Shown: positions 13,600 through 26,757 of the stretch, piece after piece | How the letters are laid out: each line of letters starts with the position of its first letter | How positions within the stretch are numbered: the stretch's first letter is position 1 | Origin: Felis catus | Lineage: Eukaryota | Direction: 5' to 3' | Length of the DNA stretch: 64,000 bases | Assembly (NCBI RefSeq): GCF_018350175.1 | Contig: NC_058370.1 | Span: 13,888,001 to 13,952,000 of the forward strand | Made by a program: the position numbers and the translations under genes | Notes under the pieces: model-generated | Seen by the model: only the letters and a program-made list of their open reading frames with translations | What the model was told of the DNA's origin: nothing | The model's database searches: none

Positions 13600-14730
13600 G
13601 CTGGGCCAGGGGGTGGGACCCAGCTCAGCCTGGATAAATAATGCAGGCGGTTTCCGCGCCAGCACTGCTCCTCCTGGGAGCCCTCCCCGCGGCCAGCTAC
13701 GTAGCAAAGGCCAAAGGCAACTGGTTACTCCACACTTTCTTTGTGGTGACTTGGCAGAGTTAAGGGCCTCAAATATGTACACCCGTCAGACGCACTCAGC
13801 CTTCTGGGCCTGGGCCCGCCGGAGGGGGAGGGGTGGGGTGCCGCGGCTTCTTGCGCGGGGTTGGGCCCTGCCTCCTCCTGCTTTGTGAAATTTGAAAGAG
13901 CTTGGCATTCTCGAACCAGGAAATTCCTGTTGCGATGTTGTCGTTTTTCCAGAAGTCCTCTTCCCGGCTGAGGGGGAGGAAAGGGCTGGGTGGTTGCGAT
14001 TGCCTCCAGTTGTTGAGGGCAAAACAGTGAATTCATTTGTAAATCAGCCTCTTTTCCCTAGATGGCAGCAATTTGTGGCCCGCCCGGCAGCGTTTAGAGG
14101 TTCACCTTTTACATATGAATGCGCCGCTTCGTCAGCACCCCTGCATTATCTTGGGAGAGAGAAAGAGAGCGAGAGAGAGCCGAGCCCCGGGGTGTTGGGA
14201 AGATGGCTTTCTCACGTCCGAAGTAAAGTTAATCTGAAAATTATTGAAAGTAAACACACGCCTAAAAACACCTTCCCGCTGCAAAGCGCCACACTCCCTT
14301 CTGGTGGTCTCATGTAGCCAGCAGAACAACGGCCATTTGTTGTGTTTATTCGCATCCGGTGAAATCAATGGCCCTTCGGTGCTGTGCGCTCTGCAGGCTT
14401 CCAGCCTAGCCGGGCTGCTGGCTACCGAGGGTGATAAATTAGAGCCGAAAGCCTCACGGGGACAAGCAGGCGCGGCCCCTGCCTCAGACTGCCTGGCTGC
14501 AGAGAGGTGAGGGTGTCCTTGCTGCGCTGGGCCACCTAGTGCGTCCGAGACAGGAGCTGGCCTGGTAAGTGGTGACTCTTAGCCTGTCCTCTTTGCTTCT
14601 TCCTCCTCCCCCTGGGAGAGGCTGCTGAGGATCCGGAAGCAGGAATGTCTGCCGTGTGTGAGCCTCTGTTCTCTTTCAAAGAGAAGGGAGGCCCTCAGAG
14701 CAGCCCAGCTCTCTCGATGGCAGGTAAGCG
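13600..14730 (+). promoter_or_regulatory. Candidate intronic alternative promoter/enhancer with clustered splice donors
   Basis: No recognisable repeats; relatively CpG-rich; G-rich Sp/KLF-like tract at 13821-13840; GA tract at ~14155-14180; donors after 14506, 14564 and 14723. Confidence 0.5.
14645..14723 (+). CDS. ZMYND8: Candidate alternative N-terminal coding exon of ZMYND8: MSAVCEPLFSFKEKGGPQSSPALSMA(D)
   Basis: ATG at 14645 (second ATG at 14717), open to the strong donor CAG|gtaagc. 79 nt = phase 1, matching the phase-1 acceptor at 22295. No transcript evidence available. Confidence 0.4.
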
Positions 14731-15774
14731 CCCCTTCCCAGGGTTACCCGTCCCTGGCTTGCTTTGCCCCCGAGGCACTCGGGATGGACGACCTTTTCCC
14801 CAGGTTGAGAATGACCCTTTTGTTCCACGGCCTCATTTCCGAGTCAGTCTTCCTTTTCCCAGTCTGGGTGAGAAGTTCACATTCTCAGGCTGGGAGAACT
14901 TGTAGAACCCCGGTGGCCTTTCCGGAGGAGGCCCCTCAGGCAGGCTGCAGCCTTGTCTCGAGGGTTCTGTGGTTCTGGGCATTCAGTGTGTGACCAGATT
15001 ATTCGTTTTCGCTCGTGGCTTGGGTATTCTCTGCTGTGAGGAAAATGTTATCCCCTTCTCACCCCGTCCACTGCGTCCCATTTTCATTTCTGCTCTGGGT
15101 GAGGGAAATTTCCAGGCTTTGGTTTCATGATGATGTACCTACCAGCAGGAAAAGGCCCTAGGGTTCCCGGGTTCCTGGGGAGGGAGGCCTGTTTGGATAC
15201 CTGCTCTGGGTCTTGGGGCAACACGTGGAGACGATTAACCGTGTTTGTGCTTTGCCGTCTTCTGGGAGAGCAGCGAGTGACCATGTTTGCAGTGGCCTGT
15301 GGAGAGGGCCGGCTGTGACCGAGAGTGCTGTCTGCGAGTACCCTCCGAGCCCCAGCCGGTGCAGGCCTCTGCTTTCGGCCCTGCCTTCGCAGCTAAGGGG
15401 GGCAAGCTGGAGGTGAAGTCCTGTCCTGGGCCCGTTCCGTGTCCGTGTTCTATAGGCTGGCGTTTCCATAACTCTGACCTTAATGTGCTCCTCTGAGAAA
15501 ACAAGGTCTGTTTTTGCAGCAGGAGGGTTGGGGATGGAGGAGGGAGAGGAGGAGGAGGAGGAGGGATGATTGCCGGTTTGACAAAACAGCTATCATTTAT
15601 GGAGTGCTTACTCTTTGCCAGGCCTGAATTTCTTTAATCCTTTTGTAACTCTTCAAGGTACCATGACCTCCACCCTCCAGAAGGATAGAGGCACAGAGAG
15701 GTTAAGTAGCTTCCTTAAGCTGCACCTCTGGGCCTAACCACTGTGGCACCCTGCCTGCACCATCTGCGGCCTGT

Positions 15775-15998
15775 TTTTTTTTTTTTTTTTTTAAACATTT
15801 ATTCATTTTTGAGAGACAGAGAGAGACAGAGTGTGAGTCGGGGAGGGGCAGAGAGAGAGGGAGACACAGAATCCGAAGCAGGCCCCAGGCTCCGAGCTGT
15901 CAGCACAGAGCCCAACGTGGGGCTCGAACTCACGAATCATGAGATCATGACCTGAGCTGAAGTCGGACGCTCAACCGACTGAGCCACCCAGGCTCCCT
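15775..15998 (-). mobile_element. Antisense carnivore SINE (within a MIR)
   Basis: T tail, SINEC body, head ending caggctcccc. Confidence 0.9.
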
Positions 15999-16579
15999 GA
16001 TCTGTGACCCGTTTTATCAGAATGCGTGCCCCGGCTTCTGAGTGCGGTGACCAACTTGTGGCCACCCTACCTGTGTGGCCCACGATGCCCGTCTCTGCCT
16101 GTTGGTTGGGTTTTTCCTCATTCAGGCCCCACAGGCTCACTGTCCACATTAAGGAAATTTAACACCCACCAAAACACACCATGAGGCTGATCCTCATGGG
16201 GAAGCGTTTGGCCTTTCAGCTGGGGCCCTTTTCTCTCTCCAGAGGAGACAATTCCCTGTCATGGTGTGTCATTTCCTAGGCTCTGGAGAATGTTGAGGGC
16301 TGTGACTCAGGTGCCGGATGTGGGTGGGGGTGGGGGTGCCTGGTGTGCCCGTGTCTGGCCGGCCTGGATGGAGATTGGAAAGGACTGTGGGGGAGGGGAG
16401 ATGACCACACAGGCTCCCCACCCGCAGCCTATTTTGTGGCCTGGGCCACGTTCTGGTGCCACCATTGGAATACCGGGAGGTGAATATGCTTCCTGGGGAC
16501 TGCCTTTGAGAGAAGGCGTGCATCGTTAGTCGGACAAACACAGTTTTCTACTGTCCTTGTTCTGGAGTGCTCCTTGTTT

Positions 16580-16817
16580 TTTTTTTTGTTTTTTTAAAAA
16601 AAAATTTTTTTTTTTAACGTTTTATTTATTTTTGAGACAGGGAGAGACAGAGCATGAACAGGGGAGGGTCAGAGAGAGGGAGACACAGAATCTGAAACAG
16701 GCTCCAGGCTCTGAGCTGCCAGCACAGAGCCCGACGCGGGGCTCGAACTCACGGACTGTGAGATCATGACCTGAGCCGAAGTCGGACGCTTAACCGACTG
16801 AGCCACCCAGGCGCCCC
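16580..16817 (-). mobile_element. Young antisense SINEC_Fc-type element with 17-bp TSD
   Basis: ctggagtgctccttgtt duplicated at ~16562 and ~16817. Confidence 0.93.
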
Positions 16818-18169
16818 TGGAGTGCTCCTTGTTGAGCACAACCCCATCCCACCACCCAACCCTGTGTTAGGAGTCCATCTTGCAGAGCTGAGGACCGCCT
16901 CTCCCTGCGTGAGGCTGTGTGCGGGCCTCAGAGTCGAACCACTGCCTGGGTTCAAATCCCAGCCCTACCACTTGGGTCATCTTGAGCAAAAGCGACTTCG
17001 AGAGCAGTACCCCACAGGCATTTTGAACAGCGCCACCTACATTGTGTGTAGTAAGAGAAAGCCTTAGCTGTTAATCCTGGTGGCTCAGGAAAGCTAAGAG
17101 GCGGGGTTATCTTGACTACCCTGTCCCTTAAGTCAGGGGACATCTGGGAAGGGCTGAGCAGGATTGTTTCTGGTGGTTCACCAGACACAGGTTGGAGAAG
17201 GATCTCATCACATGCTTGGTTCCCGATATGCAGTAGGCCTTCTCTTATTATTAAGATTTCAGCGGATGTCACAGGAGGGGAAAGTTCTGCTGTTTCCTGC
17301 TTCATGCCAAGCTGTTCTCCTGAGTCACTGCTCCGTCTTTTGCCTGGAGGAGCTCTTCTCCCTCGCCCACGTTAACTCCTTCAGAACCAGACTTATTTTG
17401 GGGCTGGCGGAGGGGGTAGGACGCGGAGGGTGGCTGGTGAGCCAATGCAGTAGACTCACAGGCCGTGCTACTCACAGAAAGGACTTCCAGGTCAAGGGTG
17501 AACCATTTCCCTGGTGATTCAGTCTATGGTGGCTCTTTGTCATCCTTCCAAGTTTATAGATGAAATGTGTTTAGCAATAAGTCCTTGTCAGAATTAAATC
17601 ATTAAAGAAGGAGGAAAAAAAAACCCAACTTGAGTCAGCTTTCTGGAAGAGGTCCTTAAGAGGCTTTGTTGCCATGACTACAGCGAAGTCCACACCCCCC
17701 ATTCGCTCACCACCTGAGGCCTACGTGTTTGTACGTCAGAGGGATGACCTGCCTCCTCCCTCCCAAGGTCCGTGAATGCAGTTGGTGTTTTGCAGTTTTC
17801 TCCCTACGAGTCTCACTGACAGCCTCTGCCTTTGACAGATGTGTCTATTGCTTAGAGCCTATTAAACTCCTGCCCCTTGGACACAGCCGCTGATCTCTCG
17901 TTAACTCTGGAGGGAGTCGCTGTGTTTGTAGTCAGGAACAGAATTGGGGTTTTGATGGTTTGCTGGGATTAGAAGGTTGGGGTGCTCTTAGCTAGGGGCA
18001 GCCTTGGGTCAAACCCCGCCTCGCTGAGCAGGATCTTTGTTTCCCCTTTCGGTTCCTGCTGGGCTGGGACAAAACTCAGTCTGGCTTAAGTTGCTTATGT
18101 GTGTGTTTCTCCCCTCTTTCTCATGGAATTAATGAGTTGGAAAGTTCAAAAGGGACTTTACTTTTTTTA

Positions 18170-18330
18170 TTAAAAATTTTTCTTGATGTGTATTTTTGAG
18201 AGCGTACGCAGGGGAAGGGGCAGAGAGAGAGGAAGACACAGAGCCCGACGTGGGCCTCGAACTCACAAACCGCAAGATCGTGACCTGGGCCGAAGTCGAG
18301 CACGTAGCCAACTGAGCCACCCAGGCGCCC
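18170..18330 (-). mobile_element. Antisense carnivore SINE with internal deletion
   Basis: The body jumps from gacacaga directly to gcccgacgtggg, lacking the usual atccgaagcaggctcc...gcacaga segment. Confidence 0.85.
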
Positions 18331-18687
18331 TTCAGAATGGACTTTAAGGTCCTCTAGTCCTGTAGTTTTAATCTTTAGTGTTGGTGATCTCTTTAGGAAG
18401 GTGAAATAGGTGTGGCCCCCCCTTTGCCAGGAAGTTGTGTCCTTGTACAGAACGGTGGCTTGTGGATCATGGGTCCCTGAAGCACTTTCCAGGCTCCAGG
18501 TGAGAAGTTCTGGTCTGGCCCCTTCCTCCCTTGTGCCATTTTGCAGATGAAGTCTGAGTGGAAGAGAGACCGGCCTGGCATCTCCTCGTCTTGCCTCGCC
18601 TCCTTGCTCGGCTGCTGTTTCCTCAGACCCAGACCAAGCCCACAGGTGGCGGTGGGGCAGGAGAGGAGCTGGGCTTACCGGTGTGGA

Positions 18688-19200
18688 ACAGGGTTCTCTA
18701 GACTTGAGAACTTAGATTCCATCCCCTACACACATACCCTGGGGTGTGCATCTGGGTTCTCTGGAGGGCTTGCTACCCCACAGACCACCAGGCCCTAGGC
18801 TAGAGTGTCTGATTCTGCAGATCTGCGGGGCCTGAGAATGTACATTTCTTGCAGATTCCCAGGTAATGCCACTGCTGCTAGTATGGGGACTACTCTTTGG
18901 GATCTGTCGTCCCAGGGGGCCTCAGCCGCAGGTGGGTAACTTAGACGCCCAAGGAGGGGCTGGTGCCCTTTCTGGCTGTCAAAGGCTGACTGTTGTTAGC
19001 TGCCTTCTGTGTTCTAGCTCGGTGATTCTTCAGGAGGCCAGTCCCACTCCCTCTGGGGGTGTTTGGGAAGTATGTGGGGGTGCTTTTAGTTGTCACTGTG
19101 TGTGGGAGTACTGCTGGCGGCGAGCGGCAGGGTGCCCAGGTGGTCCTTATGATGGGGAAGCGCTCTCCCTTCCAAAAATCTAGTGAGTTCCATTAAGAAA
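18688..19200. mobile_element. MER5A-like and MER20-like MITE remnants
   Basis: ggcctgagaatgtacatttcttgcagattcccaggtaatgc (MER5A); gcttttagttgtcactg (MER20). Confidence 0.55.
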
Positions 19201-19301
19201 CCTGGAAACGCACAATTTGTTTTCCTGAATGTGCCCCTAACTTTTCCACTGATGTGTCTTTGCTCATGTACTTTCTTCTTTAAAGAAGTCTACCCACCAA
19301 C

Positions 19302-19505
19302 GGGCGCCTGGGTGGCTCAGTCGGTTAAACATCAACTTCGGCTCAGGTCGTGATCTCGTACTGCGTGAGTTCCAGCCCTGCATTGCATTCTGAGCTGATG
19401 GCTCAGAGCCTGGAGCCTGCTTCAGATTCTGTGTCTCCCTCTGTCTCTACCCCTCCCCCGCTTGCATTCTCTCAAGGATAAATAAACGTTAAAGAAAAAA
19501 AAATC
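19302..19505 (+). mobile_element. Sense carnivore SINE
   Basis: Head gggcgcctgggtggctcag, aataaa and A tail; flanked by similar tctacccac repeats. Confidence 0.9.
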
Positions 19506-20159
19506 TACCCACAGATGAAACAAAAACATCCCAAATACCCAAAGCTTTGCCTAATTGCTTTCAATTTTGGCCTGGCCCAGGTGCCATTTTGTTTGGGATG
19601 CATTTCCTTGTGGCCCCCAAAACACCTTTTCTAAACGCACATATTCTGACAGTTGAGCGGAGTTATTTGGGTTTATCAGGTCCACATTCAACAACCCCCA
19701 AAACTCCTTCCTGCGGTCCCTCCAAGCCTGTGGTGATTGGTCCCAACGGTGTCTATCTGGTGACCTTTTTAAAATCCTGAATCAGGCCGTCGTCATTTGC
19801 TCATTACTGGCTTTGGTTTGCACCTGCTGCTTTTTATGTGAAACTCAATCTCCTGAATACCTCAGTTTAAGTTTTATTTTGATAGTCTACACTCATGATA
19901 CACAAAGTACACAAGGGTACACCGTGAAAAATAATCCCTCCCCCACACCCTGAATGTTTTCTTCCACTAGTTGCACTTTCGAACTCTGTAATACTTTTGT
20001 GTTCATCCAGAATGTTCTAGGCTTGTGCGCACTTAGATATATGACATCTTTTTTGGGGTGTGTTGTCTATTAACGGTGCTTAGAAATGTGTTGCTTTTTT
20101 TTTCACTTAATGCAGAAGCTTGGAGATGGTCATACATCCGTTTGTGTAGAAGTGTCTTT

Positions 20160-20530
20160 AAAAAAAATTTTTTTTTTTGACATTTTTATTTATTTTTGAG
20201 ACAGACCTGGAGCGTGAGCAGGGGAGGGGCAGAGAGTGAGAGGGAGACACAGAATTGGAAGCAGGCTCCAGGCTCTGAGCTGTCAGCAGAGAGCCTGATG
20301 TGGGGCTCAAAGCCACCAACTGTGACGAGATCATGACCTGAGCCAAAGTTGGACGCTCAACCGACTAAGCCACCCAGGCGCCCCAAGGTGCCTTCTTATT
20401 CTTAAGGGCTGCAGAATATTCCACTGTATGAGAGGTGCCTGGCTGGCTCAAGAGCATGTATGTGACTCCTGATCTCAGGGTTGTAAGTTCAAGCCCCATG
20501 TTGGATATAGAGGTTACTTAAAAAAAATAA
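20160..20530. mobile_element. Antisense SINE (20160-20384) followed by a short sense tRNA-derived SINE (~20435-20530)
   Basis: SINEC consensus; the short element retains A/B box-like sequence ggttgtaagttcaagcccc. Confidence 0.8.
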
Positions 20531-22294
20531 AAAAGGATAATCCCACCATATGGCTGTGGTATGGTATTAGACTAGTCCTTAATTTGTGGACGTGTAAGTC
20601 ATTTCCAAGCTTGGGTACAACACCCAGTGCCTCTCAGTTGAATTTTCTTGCGGGTACTCTGCTTCCTATGACTGTATCTGTGGAATGTGTTTCTAGGAGG
20701 ACATTGTTGAGTCAAAGACTAGGTGGGGAAGGTGAGAGACTCTTTACTGTGAGGGTGGAGGTGGGTGGGGATCTCTGTGGCCCTGAGAGAGAGGAGGTTC
20801 CCTCTGGGGGAATGCCAATCCCAGGCGGCACCTTTTCAGTGAGTTTTCCCCGCTAACTAGCTATGCTGTGCCTCTGGGCCAACCCTTTGGCTCTCTCTGG
20901 GCCTCCATTTGGATGTCTGTGGGATGGTCCTCCAAGCTCTGGGGTCTGTTCTCCCTCAAGGTGCCTGTGGTTAACATTTAATTTCCTCGCGGGGCTGTGT
21001 CTCAGCGCAGCACCCAAATGCTGAATGCTTATTCAGGATTTTTCTGAAGTTGCCCGGTGAGAATGGAGAGTTCCATCCTGTGGACTGGATTTCGCAAAAG
21101 CAGTTCACTGTCTCCTTTAACAAGCCTATTGGAAGATGCTCTGCCTTTCATTCAAAGGACCCCCCCTCCCCGCCCCGCCCCCGGAGGCGGAGGCCTTGCT
21201 TGTATCCATCCTGGACCATGTTCACCTGCCCCAGTGGCCCCTGTCCACACTCGGAGGTCGGTGATGCATGGCGCGGCCCGCGTGCTGGGGCTCGCCTGCA
21301 AGTTAGATCTGGAGGAGGAGCGTCGTCAGGTTACCTTTGGGGGTAGTCGTCGTTCTGGATTCCACACCCTACCCCCATCACCTCTGCTCTCACGCACCGT
21401 CTCTCCTCGTGCCTGTGACATCTTTCTCAGAACGTAAGGCGCATCATGCTGCGCCATTGTTTCGTCCCTACGCTCATGAGACAGCCATTGGGTGTGGAAT
21501 GAATGGATCCAAGGCCTTGCAGGTGAAGAGTGGGTGGTGGTGGACGTGTCTGTGTTTAAATGAGATGCTGGGAGAGTAAAAACGGAAAGGACTGAATCGG
21601 CGAGGGTGAGGCTGGCCTGGCTCAGATGCGAATCAGCGAACGTGTCATTTATGTCCATCTCTTCGGAGGAGAGTAGCAAGCACGACACCGTCAATGTCGG
21701 CCTCTTCCGCAAAGAAGTGTGCGCGCCTTCAGTTCCTTGAAGTGTGTGGGCTGGTTGGTCGGTCTTTCATGGTTTTCTGCTTGTTGCCATCAGGAGAAGA
21801 AGTGTTTCTTTGGGATGCGGACAGGGCACCAGTGCCCGTGCGACAACTCATGGCGGCCGGGTCGTGGCCTGGTCGGTGGGGACACAATGGGGATTTTGGC
21901 CAAAGGGAGAGCACGCTTCCACCCAAAAGTGGCCTGCGGGGATGCAGATCCATCTGGTGGTATCAGGCCCCACAGGCCCTGATCTGGTTTTTGTTTTTGT
22001 TTTTTAAGAGAAGCCAGAAACCTAGGTTGTTATGTGAAGTTTCTCGATTTTATATTTTGGCAGTGAATTAAAATGTTAACAAATGGTATGTAGGCTGAAG
22101 AAAGACGGTCTGACCTTTGAGCCAGTTAACCGAAGAGCCGGGGTAAGTAAGCGTATTCTAGGAGGAGGACCACTAAAATGGCATTGGGCCCGGGGACAAG
22201 ATGCGCTGTGCCCCCCCACACCCACACCCGCTCCCTGTGGGGGCTGGGCCTCCCTGACTGCTTTAAAATATGTGGTCCTGTGTGTCTCTTTCAG

Positions 22295-22443
22295 ATCCTG
22301 GCTCCACAGAGAGAACAGCCCAGAAAAGAAAGTTCCCCAGCCCTCCGCATTCTTCCAATGGCCACTCGCCACAGGACACATCAACAAGCCCCATTAAAAA
22401 GAAAAAGAAACCCGGCTTACTGAACAATAACAATAAGGAGCAG
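22295..22443 (+). CDS. ZMYND8: ZMYND8 coding exon (~exon 3), 149 nt, phase 1 to 0: (D)PGSTERTAQKRKFPSPPHSSNGHSPQDTSTSPIKKKKKPGLLNNNNKEQ; basic NLS-like motif
   Basis: Acceptor tgtgtctctttcag|ATCC, donor CAG|gtaaag. The peptide is within ORF 22270..22629 and matches the ZMYND8 N-terminus. Confidence 0.96.
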
Positions 22444-25400
22444 GTAAAGGGCCGCTGGGAATGGTGTCCACACCAGCAGGACGAAGGCTGTAGTGGGAAG
22501 CAGTTCAGCCTTCTGGGGGTTTCTGACAGCCGCTGCTCTTGGCATTTAGCAGGCTGCCTTGCTGCAGCTGTCATTTGCCTAGGACAAGAAGGACAGCCCA
22601 AAATGGGTCTGTGTAGCAATTTCTGTTAGCTTTTCAGATCTGTGTTGGGGACAGGGCAGTGACCCAGATGAGATGAAGGATACTGTGCTTTAGGATTTGG
22701 GGATTTTCCTTGGATTTTATTTTTGCACTCTAGGGCTGTTTCCCCACGTGGCCTGAGGATTTTTTTCCTGCTAGGCCAGGCTGGTAGGATGGTTCTGAGC
22801 TCTGCCTCGGGGTGGTTGCGTGGCTAAGGCAGGCCTCCTCCTGGTCTCAGCTTTCTCATCTGTAAAATAACGGGTTTAGGTCTGTGGTAAGACAGCTGCT
22901 GTCTCTGCCCATTGTCCACTCTCCACTTTGGTGATTGGTCACCCCTTGGTCTCATTGCGTGTAGACCCCAGGCGGCACGAGTCTTCTCTAGACCCCAACC
23001 TCCTTCTGCAGCCAGGACCTATCAATGAGATAGGAATATCCATGAGCCATCTTGGATCTTGCTTAAGAGACCTAGTTTGAAAATTCTCGAATGCAAGCTA
23101 GATATTCTTCTGATTTAACAAAATGAGAGCTGCTTTAGTGGACCCTGGGGTCCAGTCTCCTAGTATTGGAAGAAACAGGATGTCCCAGGGGTTCTGATAC
23201 CATTTCAGCAGGGATTCCTTGGGATGTATTCATCCATCTTGTGCATTATGGAGTGCTGACGTGGGCCCTGGGGATTGGAGGTTGAATAAGACAAGGTTGT
23301 TACTTTCATGGGAAAGAAACCTAGCAACGGTTAAATGCCCAGAACTGGGAGAGGGGTACATTTCTGCGCACTAATCTATTTCCATTCTCAAAATTACATA
23401 GCGAAATGCCAGCTCTGCCTTTGCCGTGTGGCTGTGGGCAAGTTAACCTCTTTGTGCCTGCTTTTCTCATCTACCGATGGGAATGAAGGTCCTGCTCCTG
23501 GTTGCACAGGGTTGTTGGGATGAACTGAGCCCACTGATGCAAATCATAATAATAAAAATTAAGCCAGGCTCGACACGAAGTGGAATAATCACACAAACCA
23601 TGTGTGAAATCGAGAAACGACAGCTGTAGAAGTGTTCTAGAACTGGGCTGTTCGGTATGATTGCCACAAGCCGTGTGTGGCCACTGAGCACCTACCTGCA
23701 AATGTGACCCAGGGACTGATTTTTTTTTTTTTTTTTTTTTCCTGGGTTGGATAGTGCAAGTCTAATGAGTTGGGGATCCTGTTCAAAGAGAAGAAACAGA
23801 TGGGTCCTAAGTACATTTTTAGGGAGATTGAGAAAGATACGCCAGTATTGGCAATAATAATCATAAAAGCAGTGTTGACTCACTCCCTGTTGTAAGCGTT
23901 TTTCTGTGTTAATGTTTATAATCTTCCTGTGAGAAAGGGCTGTGATTATCTCCCTTCTGCAGATGAAAACATCGAGGTTCAGAGAGGTTAAGTTGTCTCC
24001 TCAAGGCCTCTGAGCAAATCAGAAGCTGCATTCGAGCTCAGGTCGGCTGGTCTGGCTTAAAGCAGTGGCGACCATCTCTGTCACCCAGGAGCCATCCCAT
24101 AGCTGCTGGGAGTGAAGACTGAAAACGAAACCCCAAGGCCACAGATAATCCCCAAACCTTAATTTAGCTAGGAATTGAACTTCCTGGGCAAACCCTCCCT
24201 TATCGGATACCAGGACGCCTCAAGGCAGATACTGTCCCCTCTGTGCAGAAAGCCTTCTCCTTCGGCCTCTCTCTGTGTGTGCACACACGCATCATGCTTT
24301 TTGAATTCCTACCTGTCTTTTAAGGAACTGGCTCGTAACTCTCTTTCTGGAAGCGGATCAGCTTGGGCAGTCCACACGTTTTCTTCTCTCCCTTCCCCAT
24401 CCATGTGTACCATTTCTCTTAACACACGAGGCCCGTGAACACAATGTCGGTCCATGTTTCCCTGAGAAATAGCCACAGGGTGGAGGGTCGCATAGGCACA
24501 GTGTGTTCTAGACGTAGAAAAGAGGAGACCCCGAGTAGCTGGACATAGGACACGGTGACGCTCCTGAATCATCTGTAATCTTCAGTATTGATAGGAGGGT
24601 TTACAGGACTGTTGCACAGAGGAAGTGTCCTGACCCAGAGGTCGGACTCTAGCCTCACTGCATCCGGGAGATTCACTCTGGGACCTCGTCAGTTGCTTTC
24701 CTAGCTTTGAGCTTCAGTTACCTTGTAAAATAGGGGTTTGGATTGGGAACATTATAAGGTTGATTGTAGGTTTTTCAGATCTAAAACTCCCTGGAGCCCA
24801 ACCGTCAGGAGTTGGCCAAAGAGAAACGGGCTTAACTGTAAAGAAATGAAATTCTTGAACCTTGACCCCATAATTCATTCTAGCATATGGTATTTGCATA
24901 GTAGCAACAGCCTCCCTCGCGCACAGTCTGTTTTTCCTTAAGGGGAACTTAAATTCCTTAAAAAAAATTCTTCTGGGCACTTTCCCTTTTCTCTTTCTTC
25001 ATTTTAGAATTTTATGGCATTACAGAATTACGGAATTAAAGGCAAATTGTAGGTCCACGAGTGCTGGGTTTTACCAATAATATAATTTCTTAGTCACCAA
25101 CATTTGAAGATCATGAGATTTCAAATAACAACTTGTATTTTTGGGTTCTTATAAAAACTCAGAAAAATCCAGCAACAGCTGGAGCGGAGTAGAGCTTGCT
25201 CCTTTCGACGCAGGGCCCGTGGGCTGTAGTTTTCCACACTCCCCACCCCTCCCCGCAGCGTGACACCCGACTTGCTTTGCTCATTCCTTCTGCCTCTGGT
25301 TCTCTTAAGTGTTCAAGTGCTTTTGGTTTTTGGCACATGTCAAGATTCTTCTCCCCTTCCTCCCTTTTTCTTCTACTTTCTTTTTTGTGTTCAAAAAATA

Positions 25401-26524
25401 AATCCTCTCTGGCCTTATAGAAACACCCTCCCTGCCCCCATATTTTTCCATTTTTGGTAGAGACCTTTTCTTACCAAGTGGAGATGGGGGTTGAATTTTT
25501 AAGGTTGGACCCTGTTTCACTCATTTTTCATGTATTAGGAATTCAGTACTTTTAGGGAGTTGCAAGAGGAACTTTAAAACACACTTCAGTTTTAGGGAAA
25601 AAAGTATTTAGGGCTTACAGTTCATTTTTTATGGCTCTTTGGTCCAGTGGTTTTGCCCTGTAGGAACGGTTTGAAAACATGTAGGTGTTTTTTCTACATC
25701 CCAAAGCCTGGAAGGATGCTCTGGCATTTTGTGGAAGAAGGTTAGGTTGCCAAACGTCCTGTAGTAGATGGCCCAAGAAATATCTTCCCTCAAATGACAT
25801 TAGGGCCTTTACTGAAAAATACCATTCTAACTTTCAGTTCTCAGGACATCTGACTTTGAAGACTCCTTTCGGGAGGTTTATTTTTATTTTATTTTTTCCC
25901 CATCATTAAAGGATTGAGAAATACTCTGCTAACAGATTGGGTGTATCTTTGATCAACTATGGCAAAGAAACGATGGGGTTCCTCCTCACTGCCCCTGAGC
26001 ACAGAGTATATACATACCATAAATGGGTGGGCTAGAACTTACTTTCTCGGGCCCACGCATTGTCTTAAGAACTTAAACATACTCCGGAAGTCCCTTGTTG
26101 GGCTGGGGCAGTGTATTAATAGTTGGGACTGTGAAGGGGGTTGTAGGCTTGCTGGCTTCTCCCTCAACCCAGGCGGCACTGGGAGAGTGTATCTGCCTCG
26201 CTGCCCCGATCACTGGAGCTGTCCTGGGGCTGCTGCTTAAGAGGGGCCAAGTTCTGCCTCTCCCTGTTGTCTCGCCAGCGTCCAGGCTGAATGCCAGTGA
26301 CATTCCTCACACTCCAGGGCTGGGCAGTTTTTCCTTAGAGCACTGTTTGTGCTTTAAATGCTGAAGAATAAAAGCTGGAACGAGGGCTCTTTTCACTTAC
26401 ATATGTTACCTCTGTGCTCCAGGTAGGGATTCGTGTTTGTGGCCCCTCCACAGGGGCCCCTCCATGGTCCCACATGTACTCTGTGCTCCCACACAGCCGG
26501 CGTACCCCTTTTCCGGTTTATGCA

Positions 26525-26757
26525 GACCAGGTGTCAGCTCACTACAGCCTGTGAGCCGGGTGGGCCCAGAGCCTGTTTTTGTAAATAAAGTTTTATTGGC
26601 ACGCAGCCACGTTCATTCATTTACATACTGTCTCCGGTTGCTTCTCTGCTACTGTGGCCGGCTTGAGCAGTTGTGCTAGAGAGACATCACATGACCTGCA
26701 GAGCCTCAGCTATGAACTGTCTTCACAGAACCCTTTGTAGAAGTTTTTGGTCACTGG
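26525..26757. mobile_element. MER58A MITE
   Basis: gcctgtttttgtaaataaagttttattggcacgcagccacgttcattcatttacatactgtc is the MER58A core. Confidence 0.8.

Noticed and set aside
20435-20530. tRNA-like short elements (also ~35700-35790, ~56760-56855, ~61320-61410)
   Set aside because: Degenerate tRNA-derived SINE heads with A tails; no intact cloverleaf, so not called tRNA genes.
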